Of a DNA stretch of 64,000 bases, positions 9,979 through 18,939 are shown in pieces. A program made the position numbers and the translations under genes. Every line of letters starts with the position of its first letter. Within the stretch, counting starts at the first letter, position 1. The DNA is from Dehalococcoidia bacterium (lineage in GTDB: Bacteria > Chloroflexota > Dehalococcoidia > SHYB01). The stretch lies in the NCBI GenBank assembly GCA_965219875.1, contig CBDCOW010000003.1, positions 1,165,892 to 1,229,891 of the forward strand, written 5' to 3'. The notes beneath the pieces were generated by a model. That model worked only from the letters and a program-made list of their open reading frames with translations, searched no databases and was not told the origin of the DNA.

Positions 9979-11211
9979 TTACGAGGAGGCTGCGGCGCTC
10001 GATGGCAACCGGACCGTCGCTTCTCCCCGGGTGTTGATCTCACCCGATTGCGTCTCGATCCACAATCGCAGGTCGACCACGTGCTCGCCCTCTTCGACTC
10101 GCTTGTCGACGACCTCGCCTCGGCACCATCCGGTATCGCCTACGAGCCACGGGCGCCGGACCTCGGTCGTCAGCCTCCGCAAGAAGCCGTCATCTCCGCA
10201 CCAGTTTGTACACAGTTGGGTGAAGTATCCCATGCGCTGCGGCCCGATGTCGTAGGGTCGGGGCAAGCCAAGAGACTGGACAAGCTCATAGTCCCAGTGA
10301 GTTGCCTCGATGCCGTCGTAGGTGCCGAATTGGTTCCTGTGGAGCGCCGTATGGTAGGTGTCGAACTCCTCTTTGTGGGAAACCATCACGTTTTGCCATT
10401 GATATCGAAACTTGTGCGCCGAGAAGATTCGCCAGCCGTTGTACATCAACCAGGTAACGACATCGGTGATGGAAAGAGGCCCTTTCACTACCGGGGCTAG
10501 CTTCTCGCCGACCTGGACGTCTTCCCAAAAGCGGGGTAGAGATCTGCGAATCTCCTCCCGCTCACAATCCTGCTCAATCCTTCGCAAGTCGGCGTCGGTA
10601 TAGTGCGGGACCGGCGCTTCGAACAACTGCCTTTGTTTTTCCGGACTCTGCGGGAGTTCCCTTTTCCATTGCTTGTATAAGTACCTACCGACCCGTTCCC
10701 CCCGCTGGTTGGTGAAGATCGTTTCCCACACCACCTCCACAGCCCTACCGGGATCCTTTGCCTTGTCCCGCCTAGGGAGTTCCGTGACGCTGTAGAGGCC
10801 GCCCAGCGCCTTTATGGCATCGCCAGGGCGCACGAGGCGCCACCACTCCCACTCGTCGCCAACGTACCAATTCGGCACACCTGGCAGCCCCGATGCCAAC
10901 TGCACCCCTTCCTTGGGCATGTCGTCGGGGATGGTGTATTCACGCAGACGGGGCCACAGGGGTCCCGATATGCAGGAGAGAAGGTAGCTGGGGGAGGCCA
11001 CCAGACCGCCGTACTTGCTCGTTGCCGCGTAGTCCGGGTCGGTCCACAAAGGATTGTCGTCGCCGTTGGCGTAGGCCACTCGCATGATCGCTTCCGGCGT
11101 GGCGATGTCATAGTTGGGCCGGATCGGGACCTTGTATCCAAGCGACCGTTTCAGGAGTGCAAGCGACTCATCTGTAATGACCGGCTCGTATGCTGACTTG
11201 GTCTCCGACAT
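9979..11211 (-). CDS. Double hot-dog (FAS1-like + MaoC) acyl-CoA dehydratase
   Basis: GDDNPLWTDP, PNWYVGDEWEW, ATHWD, WCGDDG. ATG 11211 after AAGGAG. Confidence 0.85.
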   Translation of the reverse strand: MSETKSAYEPVITDESLALLKRSLGYKVPIRPNYDIATPEAIMRVAYANGDDNPLWTDPDYAATSKYGGLVASPSYLLSCISGPLWPRLREYTIPDDMPKEGVQLASGLPGVPNWYVGDEWEWWRLVRPGDAIKALGGLYSVTELPRRDKAKDPGRAVEVVWETIFTNQRGERVGRYLYKQWKRELPQSPEKQRQLFEAPVPHYTDADLRRIEQDCEREEIRRSLPRFWEDVQVGEKLAPVVKGPLSITDVVTWLMYNGWRIFSAHKFRYQWQNVMVSHKEEFDTYHTALHRNQFGTYDGIEATHWDYELVQSLGLPRPYDIGPQRMGYFTQLCTNWCGDDGFLRRLTTEVRRPWLVGDTGWCRGEVVDKRVEEGEHVVDLRLWIETQSGEINTRGEATVRLPSSAAASS

Positions 11212-11246
11212 CCGGTTCTCCTTCACGGACGGCTGGCGAGCTCTGC

Positions 11247-12134
11247 CTACACCGTATTGCGTAGCCTCGGGTCCATCTCATCCCGAAGCCAGTCGCCCAG
11301 GATATTGACTGAGAGAACGAAAAGCATAATCGCCACCCCAGGCAATGTCGACACCCACCAAGCGGTCGCCAAATAGGCCCGACCGTCCGAAATCATACTC
11401 CCCCATGACGGCGTATTGGACGGCACCCCCAGGCCGAGGAAGCTCAACGACGCCTCGTAGAGAACGAGCCGAGCTAGCTGGAACGTCGCAACCACGATCA
11501 GCGGCGCGAGACTGTTGGTCAGAATGTGGCGTATCAAGATTCTGGCCTGACTCGCTCCGATGGCGCGAGCAGCCTCGACGAAGTCGGCCTCCTTTACCGC
11601 GAGGACTGATCCCCGTATCACCCGCGCGTAGATGACCCACTGGGTGATGGCAAGCACGATGATCATGTTACGCAACCCGGGGCCGAAGATCGTGACCAAA
11701 GCGATAGCCAATAGAATGAACGGAATCGTCAACTGTACGTTCATGATCCAGTTGCCCACGTCATCCAACTTCCCCCCGTAATAACCGCTAATAGCGCCGA
11801 TCAAGACGCCGAAGATGCCGGAGGAAAGAACACCCAGAACGCCTACGATAAGAGAGACTCGAGCGCCGTAGATGATCCTGCTTAGAATGTCGCGCCCAAG
11901 ATTGTCGGTCCCAAGTAGGTTACCGAACTCCCCGGGAGAGACCAGACGGCGAGCGACGTCGGTCTCGTTTGGGTCTTGCGGGGCCAGAAAAGGAGCGAAC
12001 AGCGCAGCCGTGACGATCGCAAGGAGCACCGCGAGTCCGACGGGCACCGCCTTGTTCTTCGTCAAATCTCTAATGACGCCTCGGAGCCAGCGCTTCAATT
12101 CCAGAGAAGTGTGGCTAGGAACTTCGGCGGTCAT
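11247..12134 (-). CDS. Peptide/nickel ABC transporter permease (DppC/OppC-like)
   Basis: LLGTDNLGRDILSRIIYGARVSL, EAARAIGAS..RI..RHIL, EASLSFLGLG. Confidence 0.93.
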   Translation of the reverse strand: MTAEVPSHTSLELKRWLRGVIRDLTKNKAVPVGLAVLLAIVTAALFAPFLAPQDPNETDVARRLVSPGEFGNLLGTDNLGRDILSRIIYGARVSLIVGVLGVLSSGIFGVLIGAISGYYGGKLDDVGNWIMNVQLTIPFILLAIALVTIFGPGLRNMIIVLAITQWVIYARVIRGSVLAVKEADFVEAARAIGASQARILIRHILTNSLAPLIVVATFQLARLVLYEASLSFLGLGVPSNTPSWGSMISDGRAYLATAWWVSTLPGVAIMLFVLSVNILGDWLRDEMDPRLRNTV

Positions 12135-12142
12135 GTGTAACC

Positions 12143-13069
12143 TCAGGCCAAGGAGCCATAGCGGATCCTGGGATCGAGAAAGCCATATGAAATGTCCACG
12201 ACGAGATTCACCAAGACATAGCCCGTAGCTGAGAGCAGCACGACAGCCTGCACGATCGGGTAATCCCTGGAGCTGATGGCGGAGACGGCCAATTGGCCGA
12301 TGCCCGGCCATCCGAAAACGGTCTCGGTGATGACGGCTCCCGCCAGCAACGCTCCAAGGTCCAGTCCCAGCACCGTCACGACGGGGATCATGGCGTTGGG
12401 CAACGCGTGCCGGACGAGGACGGTCCTTTCGTGGAGGCCTTTAGACCTGGCGGTACGAATGTAGTCGGTACCCAGCACTTCGAGCATTGTGGAGCGGGTC
12501 AATCGGGCTAGCTGTGCCATCACCTGAGCCCCCAGCACGACGGCTGGAAGGACGAGGTGCTTTCCAAACCCATAGCCTCCCACCGGGAATATCTCAAACT
12601 GGACCGATAGGAGCAGGATGAGCATGATCCCGAGCCAGAAGCTTGGAAGGCTCTGCCCTGTTACGGCAAGCAGCATACTGAAGGAATCAAAAATGGTGTT
12701 GCGCCGGATCGCGGCGAGGATGCCGAGGGGGATGGCGACAGCAATGGCGATTCCCATTCCGGCACCAGCCAGCATGAGTGTCGCGGGGAGGCGGTCTAGC
12801 GCAAGGCCGAAAGCCGATTCCCCCGTCCTGATTGAATGTCCCAGATCGCCCTGGAACACGTTGGCGAAGAAACGCCACAGCTGGATGTGGAGCGGTTGGT
12901 CTAAGCCAAGGGAGTGGCGGAGCTCCTCGACTTGTTGTTGAGTGGCTTCCGTCCCGAGTAACAGTATCGCTGGGTCGCCGCTAACATGCTGGAGGAGAAA
13001 GACGACCGTCGCCGCGCCGAGCCAGATCGGCGCGGACAGGAGGACTCGCCGGATGATGTAAGCTCTCAA
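12143..13069 (-). CDS. Peptide/nickel ABC transporter permease (DppB/OppB-like)
   Basis: GLDQPLHIQ, DYIRTARSKGL, RHALPNA, RDYPIVQ, DPRIR. TTG start. Confidence 0.93.
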   Translation of the reverse strand: MRAYIIRRVLLSAPIWLGAATVVFLLQHVSGDPAILLLGTEATQQQVEELRHSLGLDQPLHIQLWRFFANVFQGDLGHSIRTGESAFGLALDRLPATLMLAGAGMGIAIAVAIPLGILAAIRRNTIFDSFSMLLAVTGQSLPSFWLGIMLILLLSVQFEIFPVGGYGFGKHLVLPAVVLGAQVMAQLARLTRSTMLEVLGTDYIRTARSKGLHERTVLVRHALPNAMIPVVTVLGLDLGALLAGAVITETVFGWPGIGQLAVSAISSRDYPIVQAVVLLSATGYVLVNLVVDISYGFLDPRIRYGSLA

Positions 13070-13213
13070 GCCGTCTGCCTCGCGACCTCCAACTGGCGAG
13101 CCGCCGGCTCACCTGTGGACAGATGAGACATTCCAGGAGCTTGCGTGGGAGATACCTCTTGGCAACGCACTATCCGCTAGGTACCAGACCACCTAGGCGC
13201 ATAGGGCTTACTG

Positions 13214-13245
13214 CTGCGGGAGTCCGCCTAGGCGGACTCCCGCAG
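13214..13245. repeat. Perfect 32-bp palindrome between the SBP and permease genes (mRNA-stabilising/attenuating stem-loop)
   Basis: CTGCGGGAGTCCGCCTAGGCGGACTCCCGCAG is its own reverse complement. Confidence 0.85.
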
Positions 13246-13299
13246 TCCAAGAGGAGCTGTATCGTGCATGGGCCGCTTCTGACTCCGTGGCGCCCTTGG

Positions 13300-14994
13300 T
13301 CACTGATATCGTGCCGAGGCGAACCACAAGCGTTCGTCGGGCCAAGGGTCGAAATCAGTCAAGCGGCTATCGACGGCGTACACGTTCACAACTTGCCACA
13401 AGTCGATCCTCGGAGACTCTTCGCGCATGATGGTAAAGGCCTGGTGATAGAGGTCTGTTCGAACTTCTACATCGCTTTCGGTGGCCGCGCTAGCTACCAG
13501 GCTCTCGAAAGCGGGGTCGTCCCAGTAATTGAAGTACCCGCCCTCTAGGAATGGGCTCAACATGAAGTGGACGTCCCCCGGCACGTTTTGACCGTGGGCG
13601 ATGAGCCCTGGCTCGATATTGACGATGTACCCGAGCCAGGCGCGGAACTCCAGCGACTGCACGGTAGCCGTTACGCCAATCTTGCCAAGCTCACCAGCGA
13701 TGATCTCGGTCAACTCTTTTCCTTTGATGTAGTAACCCGCTGGGAACACCATCGGGATATCAAAGCCATCCGGGTATCCGGCCTCCGCCAGGAGCTGTTT
13801 GGCTTTGTCCGGATCGTACGGATAGGGCTCTAGGGTCGGGTCATGACCGAAGTACAGTGGCGAGGCGGGTTGTCCCCTCAGAGGAATGCCATTCCCTTTG
13901 AGTACTTCTTCTATCAAAAGCTCCCTGTTGATCGCGTAGTTGAGTGCCTGCCGAACCCGCCTGTCCGTGAGGGGCGTGGGAGCAGTGGTATTGATGATGT
14001 ACCCGAAAGTCGTAAGCGATGGCTTCTTGATGATCGTGATGTCGGACTCCGCGTCGAGCCGTTCGACATCGTCGTACGGGATGTTGACCGCTACTTGAAC
14101 GGCACCGGTCTGTATCGCAGCCACCCGGATGGCATCCTCCAGAATGGGGCGGAAGACCAGTGTGAAAATGGAAGGCTCGTCACCCCAATACTCAGGCGCC
14201 ACCTCGTATCGGATCTCAACGCCCTTCTGCCACTCCAAGAAGCGATAAGGTCCCGTGCCAATTGGATTGGTCTGGGCATTAGCCTCGCCTACCGCTTGAA
14301 CGTAGCCCTTGGGTGAGATCCCCGCCCGGGCTGCGGTCTGAAGCAGAGTCGGTATCGGCCTTTCGGACGTGAGCTGGATCGTCGTCGCGTCGATGATGTT
14401 CGGCGCTCCCATCCCAGCGGTCGAGGATCTCCAGTTGGACCTGATGTCCGGGTTGGAAATCCTCTCGAAGACGAACCCAACGTCGTCGGCCGTCATCACG
14501 GTGCCGTCATGGAACTTGACATTCTCCCGCAGGTTGAACTCCCAGGTCAGCGGGTCCACCAGCGACCAGGAGACGGCGAGACTCGGCACCGTCGGGTCCA
14601 GATCGGATGTCACGGTGGTCAACCCTTCCATGTTGTTGACGATGGCAAGCAGGTCGCCCCTGGAGTTTGTGAGCGCGCTGTCAAGGGTCTTGGGTTCGAC
14701 GCCGGTGCCGACGATGACTTCTCGAGGCGCCGGGGGCCCTTGCGTTGGTGTGGCCGGCGGAACTGGCGTCGGCGTTGGGACTGGCGCACTAGTGGCGGTA
14801 GGCTGAGCCCTTTGCGGAGGAGTCGTCGCAGCCGGCGCACTGGTTGGGGCTGGCGCACTGGTGGCGGTAGGCGCACTGGTGGCGGTAGGCTGAGCCCTTT
14901 GCGGAGTCGCCGTCGGCTCCCCGCCGCCACATGAGGCCGCGATGAGAGCAATCAAGAGCGCCGAGATCGTGAGCCATAGCACTTTCCTAGACAT
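13300..14994 (-). CDS. Family 5 ABC solute-binding lipoprotein with Pro/Thr/Ala-rich linker
   Basis: Lipobox AASC, duplicated PQRAQPTATSAP, PSLAVSW, LRENVKFHDG, PIGTGPY. Confidence 0.93.
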   Translation of the reverse strand: MSRKVLWLTISALLIALIAASCGGGEPTATPQRAQPTATSAPTATSAPAPTSAPAATTPPQRAQPTATSAPVPTPTPVPPATPTQGPPAPREVIVGTGVEPKTLDSALTNSRGDLLAIVNNMEGLTTVTSDLDPTVPSLAVSWSLVDPLTWEFNLRENVKFHDGTVMTADDVGFVFERISNPDIRSNWRSSTAGMGAPNIIDATTIQLTSERPIPTLLQTAARAGISPKGYVQAVGEANAQTNPIGTGPYRFLEWQKGVEIRYEVAPEYWGDEPSIFTLVFRPILEDAIRVAAIQTGAVQVAVNIPYDDVERLDAESDITIIKKPSLTTFGYIINTTAPTPLTDRRVRQALNYAINRELLIEEVLKGNGIPLRGQPASPLYFGHDPTLEPYPYDPDKAKQLLAEAGYPDGFDIPMVFPAGYYIKGKELTEIIAGELGKIGVTATVQSLEFRAWLGYIVNIEPGLIAHGQNVPGDVHFMLSPFLEGGYFNYWDDPAFESLVASAATESDVEVRTDLYHQAFTIMREESPRIDLWQVVNVYAVDSRLTDFDPWPDERLWFASARYQ

Positions 14995-15099
14995 TAAGTC
15001 CTCCCCGCGGGTGGGACACCCGCTCTAGGTTCACCGTACGTACCCTTCACTGGACGGAATTCATAGGAGTCCAGCTGCTGCCGCCTCCATCACTACGGC

Positions 15100-15543
15100 T
15101 TAATCTTTCTGGTCTCGCACCGGCAGCGTCACACGGCATTTGGCTGTGATACACGCTTCATCGAGCCGGATGTCATGCACTTGCACCTCGCATTCCACCT
15201 CCCCTTCCCCGGAATGGATGCTCGTATTCGAGACGACACCCTGCAAGCGGAAGGTATCTCCCACGAGGGCCATGCGACGCATGCGCATGTCAAGCTCTTT
15301 CAGGACAGCTCGACTCCCGGCCCATTCGAGTAGCCATCGCGCCAGATGGCCCCACATGAACGGACCCATGATTATCGGTCCATCCAGGCCCCGCTCCTTC
15401 GCGACGTCGATGTCATGATGAATGGGAGCGAAGTCGCCCGTAGCACCGGAGAATTTGACGATGGTGGTCTGCGAGACAGGGCCGACTGTCTCGGCCGGCA
15501 ATTCCATGCCCGCCACGATGTCCTCGAATCTAACGCCATCCAC
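15100..15543 (-). CDS. MaoC-family dehydratase (single hot-dog)
   Basis: FSGATGDFAPIHHD...IIMGP...VGDT. Confidence 0.85.
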   Translation of the reverse strand: MDGVRFEDIVAGMELPAETVGPVSQTTIVKFSGATGDFAPIHHDIDVAKERGLDGPIIMGPFMWGHLARWLLEWAGSRAVLKELDMRMRRMALVGDTFRLQGVVSNTSIHSGEGEVECEVQVHDIRLDEACITAKCRVTLPVRDQKD

Positions 15544-15596
15544 CGCAGCCTCCAGGTCGCTAACCCGTCCTCTGATCGGACCTCATACGGCGGGAA

Positions 15597-16106
15597 TCAA
15601 TAGAAGAACAGCTTATTGTGTACCTTGCAAACGGCCTTCTCAACCTGATTCGTGTATACATCCTCTAACGTACACAGGAGCGCCTGACCGAGGCTCATTC
15701 GCTTCTCTTCTATGTCCATGATGGTGGTGCGCCTCGTGAGTACGTCGCCGGGGTAGACCGGCGCTAAGAAGAAGGCCCGGTATCCCGTGTCCATTGCGGC
15801 GCCGCAGTTCAGTTTTGTGCGCATCTCTTGGATCACGCCGACGTCGCTGCCTTGATCCGCTGGAGCAAAGTCGCCGGGGAGATGTCCAAACGGGACCATG
15901 TGGAAGAATGGAGGAGTGGTGCGTCCCTTGTAGCCGAGACCTCGGGCATACTCGTCATCGTGGTACAGAGGGCTCTTCTCCTCAACTATTTCACAGTAGT
16001 AACGCACGTCGCTCTCGGGAATCGGTAGAGAGGTCACCACCTCCAACTCCGTGCCGATGAGCGCTGAGATCTCCGGCGTAAGCAGAGGCCCAGTCCTGCC
16101 TGACAT
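15597..16106 (-). CDS. FAS1-like/MaoC N-terminal-half hot-dog protein
   Basis: SPLYHDDEYA...TPP, PVYPGDVLT. Partner of 15100-15543. Confidence 0.8.
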   Translation of the reverse strand: MSGRTGPLLTPEISALIGTELEVVTSLPIPESDVRYYCEIVEEKSPLYHDDEYARGLGYKGRTTPPFFHMVPFGHLPGDFAPADQGSDVGVIQEMRTKLNCGAAMDTGYRAFFLAPVYPGDVLTRRTTIMDIEEKRMSLGQALLCTLEDVYTNQVEKAVCKVHNKLFFY

Positions 16107-16172
16107 CGATCACCCAACTCCACCACGAGGATTGGGAATGCCCCTCATCCTCCAACCCCACTAGAGGGGGGG

Positions 16173-16202
16173 ATGATAGTTCACAGGGAACAAGACTGTC
16201 AA
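16173..16202 (-). promoter_or_regulatory. Sigma70-type promoter for the leftward operon
   Basis: TTGACA-N18-TATCAT on the minus strand, ~70 bp upstream of ATG 16106. Confidence 0.55.
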
Positions 16203-16213
16203 CGATAGTCTCG

Positions 16214-16503
16214 GTGACCGTAGACAGAGGCGGCCGGGCGGCGATCTATGCCCGCGTCTCGGATAAGAGCCAGGCCGAGGAGGACAAGACCTCCATCTCC
16301 GAGCAGATCAGCGAGATGGAGGCCTACTGCGAGCGCACGGGACTGACCATCGTCGCGTGCTACCAGGAGGTGGCCGGGGCTGGTCGAAGAAGCGCTCGGA
16401 GTTCCAGCGGATGCTGGCCGATGCCAGGCAAGGACGCTTCGACGCCATCGTCTGCTGGAAGTCCGACCGGCTGAGCCGGGGGATGTACCCCGCCGCCGCG
16501 CTT
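16214..16503 (+). pseudogene. 5' fragment of a large serine recombinase (frameshifted, truncated)
   Basis: RAAIYARVSDKSQ...CWKSDRLSRGMYPAAAL, near-identical to the N-terminus of 17075-18664. One-base deletion near 16372-16380. Confidence 0.85.
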
Positions 16504-16593
16504 AGTCTTTTGTGGCCAAGGGTGATCCCACTGCGCGGCGCAGAGGGCGTCAAGCCCCTTGCTGAACATCAACGTAGTGGAAGGGAACCGAAC

Positions 16594-16896
16594 ATGAAGG
16601 CGAAGGACGGCGTGCTCGACTACCTCAATCTTCAACGGCTAGGGCGCGTGGAGGTAGGCGAGACCGTGGAGGAGGACCTGCGGCTGAACTTGCAGCAGGG
16701 AGTCGCTTCTGTTGAGACGCTCCAGGCGGCGGTCGCGCACTGCGGCCTGGCGCAGGACTTCGCCACCGGCGGCATCCTTGAAGGGATGACGGTCCACCAA
16801 GCCGAGGACATCGATTGGCTCGAGACGCAACTCGATACCATCCGCCAGATCGGCTCAAAGAGTATCTGGGGCACCAGATCAAAGAAAGAGGAGTAG
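16594..16896 (+). pseudogene. bfr: Bacterioferritin remnant with large internal deletion and 3' frameshift
   Basis: MKAKDGVLDYLN is joined directly to LQRLGRVEVGETVEEDL...IDWLETQLDTIRQIG. The central helices (about 55-60 aa) are missing. Confidence 0.8.
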
Positions 16897-16904
16897 GCGC
16901 CTCA

Positions 16905-16924
16905 GCCCGGGCGCGAGCCCGGGC
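16905..16924. terminator. GC hairpin with GNRA loop between the convergent bfr and bfd relics
   Basis: GCCCGGGC-GCGA-GCCCGGGC. Confidence 0.45.
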
Positions 16925-16927
16925 GTA

Positions 16928-17066
16928 CTAGCGGATCAGCGCGGCCAACCGGTCAGACTCGCCCGCGCAGAGGCCGCAGCAGTCGCTGTCCTCTAGGCCA
17001 AGGGCACGGACGAGGTCTTGGCCGGTTCTCGCGCCGTCGCGCACTGATCGCGTATTGCTAGTGCAG
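16928..17066 (-). pseudogene. Bacterioferritin-associated ferredoxin (BFD-like) remnant
   Basis: Minus frame reads SVRDGARTGQDLVRALGLEDSDCCGLCA...stop, with the BFD C-terminal CGxC. The N-terminal CxC is degenerate. Adjacent to bfr. Confidence 0.5.
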
Positions 17067-17069
17067 AAC

Positions 17070-17119
17070 GAACCTCAACGTGAAGGTTCTAAAGTTTGTA
17101 CGTTCTTCAAAGTTTGTAC
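17070..17119. other. Candidate att site at the 3' end of the intact recombinase
   Basis: GAACCT-N8-AGGTTC inverted repeat (17070-17089), followed by two copies of AAAGTTTGTAC (17091, 17109). Confidence 0.45.
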
Positions 17120-18664
17120 AGAAACTGACTCTTCCGTAGTGGGCTTACTATCAATGGGTATCGCAAGGGTGATGTTCACGTTGTCGTTCCCGTCGATGAT
17201 GACCTCTTCCACGACCATCTGGAAGAACTGCTTTCGCTGTTCGGGGGTCAAATCGTCCAGGCTCTGTCCGACATCCTCCGCCCATGCAAAGACAGCCTCT
17301 ATTAACCGTGATCTCTCAGCGTCGCTCGCCGCCCAGGCACGGTAATCCTCAAGCTTCGCCCGGACGTTCTCAAGTCGCTCGGTGATGAACTTGCGCTGAT
17401 TGTCGAGCTGGTCCTCGGTGATCTTCCCAGACACGAACAGCGTGATGGCACGTTCCTCTCTCGTTTGGGTGGTCCGCAGGTCTCGCTCAGCCAGGGCAAT
17501 CTGCTCTTCCAACCCGCCGGTCTCCTGAGAATCGAGGGGGACCATACCGGCGACGATCAGGTGGGGGTTCTGGATCACCCGCTTCACCTCGCTCCATATT
17601 GGTTCCTCCAGCCTCTCGGCCCGGATGTAGGTCCGCTCCCGGCAGCGCAGGCGGAGACTCTGCATCCCGTTGCACATGTAGTAGCGGCGGGGAGTGGCCA
17701 GGTCGTAGCGGTACTTCTTGCCGTTGCGAACGCTGGTGGTTGTCCACGTGGACCTTGCATGGAAGTTGCGTCCGCACTCGCCGCATCTCAGCAGGTGCTG
17801 CAATAGGTATACCACCTTCGTATTCCTCTTGGCCCTGCTGCTACGCTTCTTCTTCACCTTCTGCGCTCGTTCCCAGGTCTCACCGTCAATCAGCTGGGGG
17901 ATCGGGATCTCAATCCAGGTGTCCCTCGGCTGGTCGTAGACCTTCATGCCGTCCTCAGTGGACATGTGGCGGGACTTGCCGTAGACCCAGGTACCCGTGT
18001 AGGTGGCATTTCCCAGAACGTGATGTACATAGGACTGACGCCACATCGGCTTGCCGGTCTGTGTGGGGATTCCCTCATCGGTCAGCCGCGCGGCAATGGA
18101 GCGAGTCCCCAAGCCGTCATGAACGTACATGCGAAAGATGCGGCGCACAACTCCAGCCTGCTCTTCTACGACCTGGGGCATGCCGACGTCCCCGATGCGG
18201 TAACCGTAGGGGAGGCTGCCCGTAGGCACTCGCCCTTGCTTGGCTGTCCCACGCTTGCCCATGGTGGACCGTTCCCGGAAGTTGTCCAGTTCGATCTTGG
18301 CGATGGCCGCCATCAGGCCGAAGGTCTTCATGTCTATGGCGTCCATGACGGCTTCGAGGCGAATCTGGTGTGCCTCGACGACCTCCATCAGGGCAGCGGC
18401 GGGGTACATGCCCCTGCTGAGGCGGTCGGACTTCCAGCAGACGATGGTGTCGAAGAGTCCCTTTCTGGCGTCGGTCAGCATCCTCTGGAATTCGGGGCGC
18501 TTCTTCGACCAACCTCTCCCCACCTCCTGGTAGCGGGCGGTGATGGTGAGGCCCTTGCCCTGGCAGTAGGCTTCCATGTCGCCCATTTGCTCGGCGATGG
18601 AGGTCTTATCCTCCCCGTCCTGGCTCTTGTCCGAGACGCGGGCGTAGATGGCTGCCCGGTTCAC
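17075..18664 (-). CDS. Large serine recombinase/integrase (resolvase + recombinase + Zn-ribbon/coiled coil)
   Basis: YARVS catalytic Ser, SDRLSR, PYGY, LLRCGECG, YYMC. GTG start at 18664 (the ORF-track extension to 18910 is unlikely). Confidence 0.95.
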   Translation of the reverse strand: MNRAAIYARVSDKSQDGEDKTSIAEQMGDMEAYCQGKGLTITARYQEVGRGWSKKRPEFQRMLTDARKGLFDTIVCWKSDRLSRGMYPAAALMEVVEAHQIRLEAVMDAIDMKTFGLMAAIAKIELDNFRERSTMGKRGTAKQGRVPTGSLPYGYRIGDVGMPQVVEEQAGVVRRIFRMYVHDGLGTRSIAARLTDEGIPTQTGKPMWRQSYVHHVLGNATYTGTWVYGKSRHMSTEDGMKVYDQPRDTWIEIPIPQLIDGETWERAQKVKKKRSSRAKRNTKVVYLLQHLLRCGECGRNFHARSTWTTTSVRNGKKYRYDLATPRRYYMCNGMQSLRLRCRERTYIRAERLEEPIWSEVKRVIQNPHLIVAGMVPLDSQETGGLEEQIALAERDLRTTQTREERAITLFVSGKITEDQLDNQRKFITERLENVRAKLEDYRAWAASDAERSRLIEAVFAWAEDVGQSLDDLTPEQRKQFFQMVVEEVIIDGNDNVNITLAIPIDSKPTTEESVSVQTLKNVQTLEPSR

Positions 18665-18903
18665 CTGTGCTTTCTCTTGGGTGGTTCTTCCAGGCACTAC
18701 TGAGTCCACCAATGGCAGGCCCGGAGCCGGATAGGTCGTCGTTTTCCTGGGCGAAAGTTCATGAACGGCGAGGGAGGGTCCACCTTCTACGAGTACCCAG
18801 CGGTACGGGGTGGTCCCACTATCGAAAGGGCCTCTTCTTCTCAGTGATCCGCTACGACCAGAGTAGCTTGTACATGCCGACGAGTCTGTGCATATGGCGT
18901 TTT

Positions 18904-18933
18904 TTGACACTGTGAAGCTGGAATGTTCATACT
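18904..18933 (+). promoter_or_regulatory. Promoter giving a probably leaderless mRNA for the XRE-membrane gene
   Basis: TTGACA-N18-CATACT. The predicted start site coincides with ATG 18940, and no SD sequence is present. Confidence 0.5.
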
Positions 18934-18939
18934 GAATTT

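Noticed and set aside
18665-18910. N-terminal extension of the recombinase given by the ORF track (similar extensions at 21967, 28991, 31706, 49997, 56853)
   Set aside because: Family homology and SD sites begin at downstream starts, and the extensions overlap promoters or neighbouring genes.
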